From the NCBI GenBank assembly GCA_000004985.1, contig GG738921.1: 64,000 nucleotides of DNA; one strand, given 5' to 3'. A program made the position numbers and the translations under genes. Source of the DNA: Naegleria gruberi (Eukaryota). The notes beneath the pieces are model-generated. The model saw nothing but the letters and a program-made list of their open reading frames with translations, was not told the origin of the DNA and ran no database searches. Positions within the stretch are counted from its first letter, which is position 1. Every line of letters begins with the position of its first letter. Below, in pieces: positions 22,704 to 34,279 of the stretch.

Positions 22704-24776
22704 ATGTCAACAAATAATGAATTGGTTGTTGACGTCCAACAAATTAAGGATGATATGAAACAACAACAGCAACAACAGCCAGAGAGGAAATCAAGAAATC
22801 CCTTCAAGAAAAACAAGAAAAAGGCTGAAAACAAAGAAACAGAAGATATTGTCGATACAAGAGAACCAAATCTCAAATTTAAAGACAGTTTCACAATTTA
22901 CAAAATCATTGGATGGAATTGGATTTTGATATTCTTGGGAAGTATTGGTGCTATGGGAACAGGTGTTATTCCAATTAGGTAAGTTTCAGATATTTGAGTT
23001 TTTGTTACAAACACTTTCAAAGTTTCCAATTTGTTATGGGAGATTTAATCAATGTCTTTTCACCAACACGTGCCGATGGATCCACTGTTACTGCAGCTGA
23101 ACAGAAAGCTGAAATTGGAACATATGCTTCATACTTTGCAATTATTGCAGCTGCAGCTTGTATTGCCAATTTCATGTCTCAATTCTTTTTGAATTGGGCA
23201 AGTGAAAGAATTGGTGTTGCTATTAGAAGTGCTTATTTTGACTCATTGACAGTTCAAGAGATGGGTTTCTTTGATATTAAGAAGGTTGGTGCATTGACCA
23301 TTACTCTTTCTGAAGATATTACTCGTATTCAGGAAGTTTACTCTGTCAAGTTGGCTACCTTACTTCAAAACTTGGCTCAGTTCGTTGTCGGTGTCATTCT
23401 TGCCTTAACATCAGGATGGCAAATGGCCCTCGTCATGATGAGTACAACACCATTAATGATTTTGGGTGTAGTGTTGTTGGGTGGTGTTATCAGAAAGTTG
23501 ACCTTGTCAATTAATAAGGCCAACGATCATAGTGCCTCCATTGCTACTGAAGTGATGGGAGCTATGAGAACTGTAAGATCAATGGCCGGAGAGGAAAAGG
23601 AAAGAGTCAGATACAAGAAGGACTTGACCAAGATGTATTTGGCTGGTATTGGTAAGGCTGTTGCTCAAGGTTCTACTTTTGGTGTTTTGGTTGGTATCTT
23701 GTGGGGTACTACTGCTTTAGGTAAGTTTTTTTATTATTTCAAATTAGCTCAATAATGTTATTTTAGCTTTCTGGTATGGTGGTGGTCTAGTTGTTGATGG
23801 AACCATGAATATTGGATCTATGCTCAAGGTTTTCGGTTTGACATTGTTTGCTATTATTGGTATTTCTCAAGCTGGTTCATTCTTCCCTGATTATGGTAAG
23901 GCCATGGTTTCTCAAAAGACTGTTTTGAAATTATTGAAGAGACAACCAGCTATTATTTTCAAGGGAGGTAAAACTCTTGATACTATCATTGGTAATGTCA
24001 CATTTGAAAATGTTGATTTTGTCTATCCATCACGTCCAAATGCTACTGTCTTGAAGAATTTCAGTTTGGATATTAAGGCAGGTCAAGCTGTTGCTTTGGT
24101 TGGTCCATCTGGTTCAGGTAAATCAACAATTGTTGGTTTATTGGAAAGATTCTACGACCCAGCTCAGGGTAAGGTTTATCTTGATGGTGTTGATATCGCT
24201 GAAATCGATCCAATGTGGCTCCACAAGAATATTGGTATTGTCACTCAAGAACCTGTATTGTTTGCAACCAGCATTTACAAGAATATTGCTTATGCTATTG
24301 GTGAAGAAAATACTACAATGGAAAAGGTTATTGAAGCCGCTAAATCTGCCAACTGTCACAATTTCATTATGGACTTACCAGATGGATACAATACTTTATT
24401 GGGTGAACGTGGTGTCTCACTCTCAGGTGGTCAAAAGCAACGTGTCTGTATTGCTCGTGCCTTATTGCAAAATCCAAAACTTCTCTTATTGGATGAAGCT
24501 ACATCTGCCTTGGATACTGAATCTGAATCTCTCGTTCAAGCTGCTTTGGATTTATTGATGAAGGGTCGTACAACTATTTGTATTGCTCACAGATTGTCAA
24601 CTGTTAAGAACTCTGACAAGATTTGTGTATTGGCTAAGGGTATTTTGAAAGAAACTGGTACTCATGCCGAATTAATGGCCATTGAAAATGGTATCTATAA
24701 GAATTTGGCTGAAAGACAAATGTTGTTCTCTAATGAAAATGCTGATGTTGAAGCAACAATGGAAGTTTTGCAATAA
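22704..24776 (+). CDS. ABCB-type half transporter (TMD plus NBD); exons 22704..22978, 23023..23720, 23767..24776
   Basis: Six-TM N-terminal half. NBD has Walker A GPSGSGKST, signature LSGGQKQR, Walker B LLLDEATSALD and H-loop IAHRL. Introns 22979..23022 (44 nt, AG|GTAAGT..CAAAG) and 23721..23766 (46 nt, GTAAGT..TTTTAG) join the three track ORFs in frame. Confidence 0.85.
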
Positions 24777-24985
24777 TGTAAATATGTAATTTTGGAGAGT
24801 GTAAATAAATTCAATTTCAAAAATTCTTTAGTAATAACAGAGATGGGAAAGGAGAATCATTAATCAACCAATATTCCAGGATAGAGATGTGGCCTTATTC
24901 TACCCATTGAATTCTACAATGGGAAGTGAACAATTTGTAAAAGATTTGATTTAAAACAAGCTTTACAATTTTGATAAAAAACTCT

Positions 24986-27469
24986 TTAATTACTAGTTGA
25001 TCCTTCAGTTAATTCTTTGGCCACTGACTTGACAAGTTTGTAATAAATCAATAAGGCAATAAACAAGATGGCAACTGATACAATAATTACTGATGATGGC
25101 TTGTATCCTGTCAAATTTCTTCTTTGGAACCAATATTTGGTTATTTCCTTATATTGAACATTGGTTTTGATAGCTTCTCCTTCGTTCATTAGGAATCTCT
25201 TGAATGTAAACTTGATTTGACCCTTATTGACAGGGGTGGAATTATAGGTCTGATAATTATTAAAGGACGTATCACATTCGTCAATCCATTCATTTTGAAC
25301 ATCAATAATTTCTCTAACTTTGTGTTGTTGTGTGGCAGAATAGTTTGACTTTTTCTTGGCAAATCTTTTAAGTCCGACAATACTATCAGAGAGGGTATTC
25401 TTTAAAATTCCTGTTTTGCTTTCGTCGATATTTCCTTCAAATTCTGCATACTTGTAATCATCAGGCAAAAGTAAATCAAATTGAAGTTCAGTAATTGGTG
25501 CATCAATTTGAGCAAGTGATACTGAGAGTGTTCCTGAGGAGGCAAGTTTTGTGGATGGTACAGTAAAAGTGAGGTCAATATTCATTGGAGTGGAACCTTC
25601 CTTCTTGGAGAGTGGAATGAGGATGGTCTTTTCATTATCTTTAACTTCTTGACCTGGTTTAATGGTTGCTCCATCACACAAAGTAGACCATACTTCAGAG
25701 CCGTTCAATTCTTCTGGCAATTTGATTCTCAAATATTGTTTGAAAGTATTGTAGCAGTTAAGATTAATCTTGTGGAGGAGCTTATCTCCAGAATGAGTAA
25801 TGGTATAGGTACATTGAGAAATATTTGTGGATAAAACAGACACGTCAGCATGTCTGATGACATCTAATTGCAATTCGTGTTGACTTTCTAAAAATCTATA
25901 ACCCATCAAGATTGGGAATCCACTTTGCTTATGTACATGTGGTAATTCTCCAATGTCTATCTTTCTCAAGAATCTTCTTGACTTTTCTACAATTTCTACA
26001 ACTGTCTTGGCAATAATGGCCATAGTACCAGTTTCTCTTGAAACGTTATGAGTGGAAAGAGAAGGAACTCTTACTAATGCACTAGTACCTCCCATATCAG
26101 CTTCACTCACGACTTCCAAATGGTAGGATCTTTCAATTTCTCTTGTAAAGGTAACAACTAACTTCTTTTTACAGTTTGTAAGAGAGTTGGCTTCTTCTAA
26201 TTGGTCATCCTTGACTTCTTCACTAACCATGTTCCATTCCTTAATATAGCTACCAGAAACAGAGATAATTCTGAATGGCAAATTGTATGGATTGATAGAA
26301 ATTTCCAATGAGGTAATGATTCCATTAACAATAGAGTAATCGAATCTACTCTTTGTATTGATAACACCTTCACCAATCAAACAACTGGAGTCTTGGGTAG
26401 AACTGACAGAAACTGGAAGAACAACCTTTTGTTCCTTTTCTTTTTCTTCCTCTGGCTCCTTTTGGAAGATGAGATCAATGGCTTTTTGTTGAATTTCAGG
26501 AGTCCACAAAATACTGAGATATTGTGTGGATGGAAGTTGAGTGGCAACCTTGGTAACAACTCTATCTTCAATTGTTGTATTGGATTGGTCCAAATAGAGA
26601 GATGGAGTAACTTTCACTTGACACTTTTCATTTTCAATAATGAATTCCAATGTACTGGTGACAGCATTTGGAATAGAAAGTGTGACTTGTCTTGGGGAAG
26701 TTTCATTCTTCAAACATTCAAGGTTAGTATAATTAACATCAACTTTCAATCTAACTTCATAGAGACCAGATGAATCTGTCAACATTATAATTTTACCTTG
26801 ATCAATTGAAACATGGCAATTTACATAATCATTTTCTTCCTTTTCACCCATATACTTTACATTAACTGTCTTGATCACAATACGTTGTTCTACATTACTC
26901 AATAATACACATTGAGTCCATAACTTCTTTGCTAGTAAGAGATTATTTCTTTGAAGAATGGCTTTTTGCTTTTTTGATACATTTTCTAACATATCTACCA
27001 TATACACAATTTCAAATGCACAACTATTTACACGTTCTTCTTCCTTTCCAATAGATTCTGCCAAACTCAAATTTTCCTTCTTGACATAATTTTGCTTTCC
27101 CTTTATATCCATAGATCTGATAATGTATGGTTGATCAGCAGCACTAATCACAGAATCATCGAAATGTTCTTCCAAAAACTTTTGTTGTTGTTGGAATTGT
27201 TGTAAAATCTCCAAATACTTATCAAGTGGAAGGGAAACACTTGGTAAACTGGTAGAAACACCTGATGCTCCACCAACACCTCCAGCTGGAGAATTATTCC
27301 ATTGTTGTGGTTGTTGTGGTGGTGTTATTGATGATTGAGGTGTTGGTTTGCACTCTTTCTTTTGTACTGCCAAAAAGTCGTCACAACCATTTTGTTGATA
27401 GGCAGGTTGTGAGGAGTGAGACCAAACATTAGCCTTTCTATCCTTCATCATTTTAACTTTGTTGAACAT
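24986..27469 (-). CDS. Large hypothetical protein (827 aa) with a single C-terminal TM helix (tail-anchor-like) and a Gln/Pro-rich N-terminus
   Basis: Uninterrupted 827-aa ORF; C-terminal SSVIIVSVAILFIALLIYYKLV hydrophobic segment about 20 aa from the end. Confidence 0.55.
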   Translation of the reverse strand: MFNKVKMMKDRKANVWSHSSQPAYQQNGCDDFLAVQKKECKPTPQSSITPPQQPQQWNNSPAGGVGGASGVSTSLPSVSLPLDKYLEILQQFQQQQKFLEEHFDDSVISAADQPYIIRSMDIKGKQNYVKKENLSLAESIGKEEERVNSCAFEIVYMVDMLENVSKKQKAILQRNNLLLAKKLWTQCVLLSNVEQRIVIKTVNVKYMGEKEENDYVNCHVSIDQGKIIMLTDSSGLYEVRLKVDVNYTNLECLKNETSPRQVTLSIPNAVTSTLEFIIENEKCQVKVTPSLYLDQSNTTIEDRVVTKVATQLPSTQYLSILWTPEIQQKAIDLIFQKEPEEEKEKEQKVVLPVSVSSTQDSSCLIGEGVINTKSRFDYSIVNGIITSLEISINPYNLPFRIISVSGSYIKEWNMVSEEVKDDQLEEANSLTNCKKKLVVTFTREIERSYHLEVVSEADMGGTSALVRVPSLSTHNVSRETGTMAIIAKTVVEIVEKSRRFLRKIDIGELPHVHKQSGFPILMGYRFLESQHELQLDVIRHADVSVLSTNISQCTYTITHSGDKLLHKINLNCYNTFKQYLRIKLPEELNGSEVWSTLCDGATIKPGQEVKDNEKTILIPLSKKEGSTPMNIDLTFTVPSTKLASSGTLSVSLAQIDAPITELQFDLLLPDDYKYAEFEGNIDESKTGILKNTLSDSIVGLKRFAKKKSNYSATQQHKVREIIDVQNEWIDECDTSFNNYQTYNSTPVNKGQIKFTFKRFLMNEGEAIKTNVQYKEITKYWFQRRNLTGYKPSSVIIVSVAILFIALLIYYKLVKSVAKELTEGSTSN

Positions 27470-27832
27470 TTTGATCAGGTTTTTATAATAATGTTATCTG
27501 TACAATTTTGTTGTTGTTTAGATCAGCAGCCTATCAAGAGAAACCTCCGAAAATATGTGTGTGGTAATAATTTGGAAGATGATCAAATGATATCTTTTTT
27601 TTTTAATTTTCTCTTTGGATGAACTCACCTGGTAAGAGTTCACTCTTCAAAATTGTGTTGACCCAAGGTTCACCACCTGTTAATAATTATTAAATACTTT
27701 ACAAAAAAAATAAAATATTTAATTTAATAATAATAACAATCAATATCAGAATGAATTTTTTTGCATATTATGATTTGACTTCATGCTGGGAATGTACATT
27801 AGATAATTGTGTTCATCTCCTTCAATTAAAAA

Positions 27833-30800
27833 ATGCTCAATGATGACGATGAGGGTAGCACAACCAACAACAGCCTGACCATTTCCTCCTCAGCAAATAA
27901 TAATAGTAACAACAACAACAATAGAAGGAGAGTAGTATTTGTTGTCGATGCAGAGCAACAAAAAGAACACCATACAAATGCTACTACTAATGTAAATAAT
28001 AGTGTGTTGGAAGAGGCTGAACAACAACATAACGATAGACATGTTCATTTTGGGGAATTAGTAACGAGTCATTATCATCATCATATGGACGAACAAACAC
28101 AACAGAAGCCTTCTTCAGAAATGATTGCCGAGGGAGTTAAAAGTTTATCGGTGAGGAAGATTGCAAAGGATAATCTTGTCAAATATAACAAGGTTTATGT
28201 ATCGGATAGGTTGTATTTAAAGTTGAGAAAACAAGCATATAATGAAAGATATTCAGTGGAATCAGTTCGTTTTCCTATTAGTGCTATTGAGGAGAATGTT
28301 ATTTATTTACTTTTGGGAAATGGTGATAATTTGGGAGTGTATCAGTGTTCATTGGAGAATTCCGAATCAAAACCAACAAATTTGAGTGGAAAGAAACAAA
28401 GCTTTTTGAAAAACAACACATCCACTATTGCTTTAAATTATTTTCAACGAGAATCTATGAGTGTACAGGAAAATAGTAATGTAAATATTGTATCATCCTA
28501 TTTGGAGTGTATAGTTGAAGAAAAGTTATTCTCTGACTTTTCTTCTTTCATATTTGGAAATGGTACTAAAGTTACAGTTTTGGAGAGAATATCATTTTCA
28601 ATAACCTCTAATACTTTGTCATCATTATTGCAACAGCGTAATAATGAAAAAGTCAAATTAACAGAAGAATCTTTGAAGGAACAATTTTCACAATTTGTAC
28701 AAAAGTATTTAATTGGCAATGTATTTAAAAAGGATCAACGAGTTGGTATGGAGTATTTGACAAAGAATGGAAATTCTAAAAAGAAGAAGGAAATGATTGA
28801 GTTTATTGTCTCAAATCTAACTTTTTCCAAAAATGATATTTCATTATTTGGGATTATTACTTCAAACACTTCGATAGATATAGAGTTACGACCAACTACC
28901 GTCTCTAAGAATTTTTTGAATAAGGAACGAATTTTTCAAACACAACCAATTATGCAACTATCATGCCAACCTTTACTTTTTACTAACTTGACTAAATATG
29001 ACTGTGTATTCTGCAGTTGTGAACTAATTGAATCTGATAAGATAATGACAAAAGATGGACCATTGCTTCTTTATGCTAGAATAATACCGAGTAACATAAT
29101 TTATAGAGTCATGTTAATGAAAGGAATGGAACCAGGTACTATTCTAATGGGTAAACACCAACGTCAGAACCTTGCCACTAATGTGAATGAGAGTTTGCAA
29201 GTGAAATTTTTCTTTATGGATCCTTCGAGATGTCTTGAGGTTTCAAATGATGAAATGACAAAGAGAGTCAAGGAAAGTAATCCATTCAATTCACTTCAAG
29301 AACCAACTTCATACAATGATAGGCATTTCAGATCTCTTCAGACAATAGTCTTCAAATTGGATGAAACAAATGGAAATAGTATTTCATTCAGTAGTTTGAT
29401 TTCGTATATTTATTACTTTTTCCAATATCACTACTTTGAAATTGGGCAAGAACTTGCCTTCTCGTTAGAATACTCTATCATTAGGATGAAAGTAATATCA
29501 ATCAATGGCGTTGGAGTGCTTAGTATGAACAAGCCAATAGGAGGTTTGCTGGGAAAGAATACTCTTTGTTATTTTGAAAAATCAAGAGCCTTTGAATACA
29601 AGGCAGTTCCATCGCTTGATTTACTAGAGTTGCAACAGAGTGTTCACATAATGAAAGGATCTCTAATATCAGAAAGTGATGGAAACAGTTATTTTGTAAA
29701 TACTCTATGCCCTGAAAAGAGACAACCTCAATGCTTTGAAATTGAAAGATACGAGAAGGCTCCTTCAACAATTAACATAATCCATCATGATCAATATCCT
29801 TCCAAGGATGTTTTTAAGAGAGTTTCCAAGTTTAACAAGTCCTTACAATTTACAAAAATAATTAGATGCACGAATCATAACTCTGATTCAGAAATTAGAC
29901 ATATTGTATTCAATTTGGATTTAAACTCTGTTGAACTATTTGATTCTTATGGAGATAAGGTTGAAACTGTAGAGGAAGCAACAATTAATGAATCAATCAA
30001 TTTCCAAACCTCGGAATTTGCTAAAATTCCAGAATGGCTAAAACTATTCAATACTGGAAGGTTGAAGGCTTGTAAATTTGAAGAGCTAGCAACTCATTCT
30101 GCCACTACTTTTTACATGGACGATTTTGTAATTTTACAGGGAGGATGTGATACACAAGTCAATGAAATACAGCCACAAACAACCTTACTCATCTACTCTA
30201 TCAAGGATAGAAAATTAATCAAGCTGGACGATTCTCAGAACAAAATGTCACTTCAGCATCCTCTTAGTATTTATCACCACTCTGCTAATATTTATGAGAA
30301 CGATAAGCTGCTTCTCTATGGAGGTTTGAATTATGACTCTCAACAGAAAAAGTTTTCATCCTTGAATAATTTGATTCAACTCAATCTGAAAACTTTCGAA
30401 TGGGAATATATTGAAACAAAGAATGAAGGGCCATCTCTCTATTATCATACCTCAACACAAGCTCATGATTCTCTATTTATTTGTGGTGGATGTCACAGTA
30501 GTACTAGAATTACAGAGTATCCTTATTTGTGGGAACTCAATTTATACACATTATTTTGGAGAAAAATCAAAACAGAAGAACCAAAAGAAGATGTCAATAT
30601 TGGATGTTACTGTCTTTCACTACTCAAATTTTGTCCAATATTCTCCCAAATCATCTTCCTCCAAATGCACAGAGAACCAAAGGATGAACACTATGATACC
30701 AACTATTACAAATTATCCAAGTTACAAAAAGGATCCAGACATTTAAAGGTCAGAAAGATTACATTAAGACTGGAAAAGTCACCCCTCAAAGCATATTCCA

Positions 30801-30883
30801 AATGGCTTGCCGTCTTTGAGAGTACTTTCATGCTACCATCAGAGAGATGCACCTATCAGGATGTTCTTTTCCTTCACGAATGA
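27833..30883 (+). CDS. Large hypothetical protein (1016 aa) with Kelch-type beta-propeller repeats at the C-terminus
   Basis: Uninterrupted ORF. C-terminal third has repeated Kelch-like signatures (ILQGGCD.., LLLYGGLNYD.., LFICGGCHSS.., WEYIETKNEGPS..). Confidence 0.55.
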   Translation: MLNDDDEGSTTNNSLTISSSANNNSNNNNNRRRVVFVVDAEQQKEHHTNATTNVNNSVLEEAEQQHNDRHVHFGELVTSHYHHHMDEQTQQKPSSEMIAEGVKSLSVRKIAKDNLVKYNKVYVSDRLYLKLRKQAYNERYSVESVRFPISAIEENVIYLLLGNGDNLGVYQCSLENSESKPTNLSGKKQSFLKNNTSTIALNYFQRESMSVQENSNVNIVSSYLECIVEEKLFSDFSSFIFGNGTKVTVLERISFSITSNTLSSLLQQRNNEKVKLTEESLKEQFSQFVQKYLIGNVFKKDQRVGMEYLTKNGNSKKKKEMIEFIVSNLTFSKNDISLFGIITSNTSIDIELRPTTVSKNFLNKERIFQTQPIMQLSCQPLLFTNLTKYDCVFCSCELIESDKIMTKDGPLLLYARIIPSNIIYRVMLMKGMEPGTILMGKHQRQNLATNVNESLQVKFFFMDPSRCLEVSNDEMTKRVKESNPFNSLQEPTSYNDRHFRSLQTIVFKLDETNGNSISFSSLISYIYYFFQYHYFEIGQELAFSLEYSIIRMKVISINGVGVLSMNKPIGGLLGKNTLCYFEKSRAFEYKAVPSLDLLELQQSVHIMKGSLISESDGNSYFVNTLCPEKRQPQCFEIERYEKAPSTINIIHHDQYPSKDVFKRVSKFNKSLQFTKIIRCTNHNSDSEIRHIVFNLDLNSVELFDSYGDKVETVEEATINESINFQTSEFAKIPEWLKLFNTGRLKACKFEELATHSATTFYMDDFVILQGGCDTQVNEIQPQTTLLIYSIKDRKLIKLDDSQNKMSLQHPLSIYHHSANIYENDKLLLYGGLNYDSQQKKFSSLNNLIQLNLKTFEWEYIETKNEGPSLYYHTSTQAHDSLFICGGCHSSTRITEYPYLWELNLYTLFWRKIKTEEPKEDVNIGCYCLSLLKFCPIFSQIIFLQMHREPKDEHYDTNYYKLSKLQKGSRHLKVRKITLRLEKSPLKAYSKWLAVFESTFMLPSERCTYQDVLFLHE

Positions 30884-30987
30884 ATGAAACAATTAAAAAG
30901 AAACTGAAAAGTAAATCTTCCTTCAACTCTCAATTCCTGAACGATTTTTCGGCCGTTATTTAAAAACATTTTAAAAATTTAAAAAAA

Positions 30988-32315
30988 ATGGAGCCACACA
31001 TCATTGAGGAGAGGGAAGTTCCTAAAGCCTATTTACTTAAATCAGCCTCGGTGCCGAAGCCTATGGGATTTCTGGATAGGTTTGAAGTGAGAAGTGTAGC
31101 TAGGGATTTTTCACTGTTGGAAAATTTACGAGATGAGGATAAAGTTTGTAGTGGTAGGTAATCTTGGATAATTATGTGATGGAAATAATATGTGGATGAA
31201 TAATAACAAAATAGATGATTCGGAAATGGTTGGAATAGAATGCCAGGATGACATGATGTTGTACTTTACAGGATTTCTAGTACTCCCATCAAATGCTAAT
31301 AAATTTCATGAGAATCCATCAAACACTAGTATATTGGATAGAGATGAAAATAGAATTTATTACTTGATGTGTTCACCGAGTAGAATGTGGTCGTTTGATT
31401 ATTCGGAAGATTTACGAGGAGTGTGGTTTGAAAATGATAATGGATGGTACAAGTTATTAAATCCAAGCAAAAAGTATGCTCCGATCTATGCCCCATTCAA
31501 AGCAGTAAGTGTTGTTCTGGTTAATACTTTATTAATTGTGATAATCTTTTGCTGAAATATATTGGAAATTTAATTATTAGAAATGTGATTTGTGGTTGTC
31601 ACTTCATGAAGTTTTACAGTCTAACTTTTCGTCCACAATCAGTCAAGTAGTAGGGATGTTAGATGAGGATAAATATACAGAAAAAAACATTCTAGATAAT
31701 GCTCAATTTATTCTCACCAATTGTTCAAATACTCAGGATGAATCAGGCAAGAAATTTTCTTCGTCTGTTTTTGCTGTGGAGCTGAGGAAAAAAATTGCTG
31801 AAATCGCATCAAATGAGAAGAAACATCCTAAAGTTAAATCTGAACCTATTAGTAGTACTACTGTAAAAAAGAGGGAACGTGTGGAAGTTGAAGTCCCAAC
31901 CAAAAAATCAAAAATCAAAAAAGCTTCAAAAAAAACCTCTCTCATCAATCCAATTTTAATAGACTCATTCAATACGGCAAAACAAAAATGGAAAAAAGAA
32001 GCTGAGGATGGAGAACTTTCAGATAGTGGAGATCGTAACATTATTATTTTTCCTACAACACTTTGTAATTATTGTAACAAACACAGACACAATTTCATTG
32101 CCTGCGCCAAATGTGAAGAATATCAATTGTGTTCTGTTTGTTTCATAAATCTCGAATTGGATCAGCAAGTGAAAAAGAAAAATCTAAAGAATGGAAAGAC
32201 AGCATTTGATTATTGTGGAGAAAACTCATTATTTACATGTAGACCTTGTTTTGAACGTGGAGATAGTGATTCATCTTCTGATTCTGGAAGCTTTAACCTA
32301 GATGATGAAAGTTAG
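30988..32315 (+). CDS. DNMT1-RFD (replication foci domain)-like protein with a C-terminal Cys-rich zinc-finger module; exons 30988..31153, 31215..31504, 31581..32315
   Basis: RFD-like core ..NRIYYLMCSPSRMWSFDYSEDLRGVWFENDNGWYKLLNPSKKY... C-terminal CNYCNKHRHNFIACAKCEEYQLCSVCF...CRPCF. Introns 31154..31214 (61 nt, GTAGGT..AATAG) and 31505..31580 (76 nt, GTAAGT..TTATTAG) keep the frame. Confidence 0.5.
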
Positions 32316-32494
32316 ATTTGATTATCAATCAAATAATCAATGAAAACTAACAATACGGAAGGAAATATTCAATTTTAACAAGATTAAGAAGATTGAATAG
32401 AGAAGTGACAATAGAAAAGAGTAAATAATTTTACCCTGCCATCAAACCAAACATTAACACGAAGCCAAAATTGATTGTTGTAAAACAAAAAAAA

Positions 32495-33694
32495 ATGTCA
32501 AAACGAGATCGGTCATCTCGCGAGCAAGAGGATGAACAAGAAGGAACTTTGTCTTCGGAAGAAGAAATTTTTGATGATACACCAACATTGATGAAAAATG
32601 ATTTTTCAATGGAAAGGAAGAAGAAAAAAGTAAAACAAGCACCACCCTTTAATCTTGTCAAAATTACGCAAGATTACGATCAATCACATTATAAATGTGT
32701 TCAACTAGGAAATGATTATGATTCATATATGTTATTTTCGGCCAACAAAACGCCAACCAAAGAGATTAAAGAAGTGATATTCATGATGGAAACATTTCTA
32801 CTTATTAGAACAGTTGAAAATAGAATATTTTACATGGATGAAATGATTGCACATGGAGAGGTGGATTGCAGCAAGATCATTGATAAGAGTTCAATTTTGA
32901 AACTTGTGGCAACCTCTTCATCTGCCTATTTACTAACAAAGAGCGGAATTTATGTGTATGCTCGTGGTACTCATTCATTTGAACCTTCCTTTTCAATTGA
33001 AAATCATGATGAGGAGTTTGTTGATATTTCAGCATCTTTTGTTGATAACTTACTGATTCTAACAAGTGAGAATAGAATTTTAACAACTGGTTGGAATAAG
33101 TTTGGAATGTTGGGAGATGGCACAACCAAAAGCAAATATCACTCATTAGTTAATCCTGAAACAAGTCATACTCATCGTGTAAAGATTATAGTGAGTGGAT
33201 CATGCTTTAGTCTTTACACAAGTGGCAGCTCTTTATTTGCATGTGGAGAATTGTATAATATTGGAAGTTCTGCATGTGTCTCCAAGTTTGAAAGACAATC
33301 TCATTTCAAATTCGAAGCGTCAGATGTGGAACAGATCATTGCCAAACCTTTATTTACCTGTTTTTGGACGAAACAACATGATTTACATATTTACGGAAGG
33401 GGATTTTATACCAAACTCAATCTTAATCAAAATATTTACTCAATAGCTGTGCTTTACACCAACATATTCTGCTCATATAAGAATGGAAATGAAATAACAC
33501 AAACAAGACATGAACATGTTTCAAATGGAGAGTTTACAACAGAGGTTGTGACTGGAAAGTATAATGTCAAGTGGTTCAATTCTGTTTGTGTTGGTTCCAA
33601 CTCAATGTTGCTGTTTTTCACAAAACCACAGGAGGAGTCAATATTTAAAAAAGTAATTACCAATTTTTTTGACATCATAGTCGATTCTTCATGA
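32495..33694 (+). CDS. RCC1-like repeat (beta-propeller) protein
   Basis: ATG in A-rich context at 32495; TGWNKFGMLGDGTT and further degenerate RCC1 repeats. Confidence 0.55.
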   Translation: MSKRDRSSREQEDEQEGTLSSEEEIFDDTPTLMKNDFSMERKKKKVKQAPPFNLVKITQDYDQSHYKCVQLGNDYDSYMLFSANKTPTKEIKEVIFMMETFLLIRTVENRIFYMDEMIAHGEVDCSKIIDKSSILKLVATSSSAYLLTKSGIYVYARGTHSFEPSFSIENHDEEFVDISASFVDNLLILTSENRILTTGWNKFGMLGDGTTKSKYHSLVNPETSHTHRVKIIVSGSCFSLYTSGSSLFACGELYNIGSSACVSKFERQSHFKFEASDVEQIIAKPLFTCFWTKQHDLHIYGRGFYTKLNLNQNIYSIAVLYTNIFCSYKNGNEITQTRHEHVSNGEFTTEVVTGKYNVKWFNSVCVGSNSMLLFFTKPQEESIFKKVITNFFDIIVDSS

Positions 33695-34279
33695 CCAGGT
33701 TTCAAATATTTTGCTTTGTCAAAGACGCCCTACTTGAAAATTCAAAATCAAAACGATGAGGCACTGACCATTCCATAATCAAAAGTGTAAAGCACTTGAG
33801 TTTTTAGATGTGTCCTCAATTTTAAATTTTAAGAAATATTCAAAGTTTAAGTAAAATGTACAGTAGTAAGAATGATATAAATTTCTATGCTTTTTTCATA
33901 AAACACATTAATACATGCGTTAAAGATGACATCTAGAGTTAGTCATTTACTAAGATCTGGATCGTAAATAGTTTGGAGATATATCTCCTCTGAGAAGAAA
34001 ATGAACCTCAAGCGTGCGTATTAAAAAACACGTATTGGTTGAAATGAATAACATTCATTCCTTCCTCACGAATGGAAACTTTCTAGAAAGCATAAAGATT
34101 GAAAAAGAGAAACTTCAAGGTTTAGGACTTACCGACAGCTCACTATTCAATGTTTCCATCGCAATAAGACCATTCTACAGTAAATACGCACGCTCCAACA
34201 AGCATCCATAACAATAATTTCCTATAAAAGGAACTTCCGTGTTGAAACAAACTTCCACAACAAAAAAACACAAAAAAAA

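Noticed and set aside
34014-34211. 65-aa plus ORF upstream of the alkenal reductase gene
   Set aside because: No start context or motifs; likely 5' UTR or promoter region.
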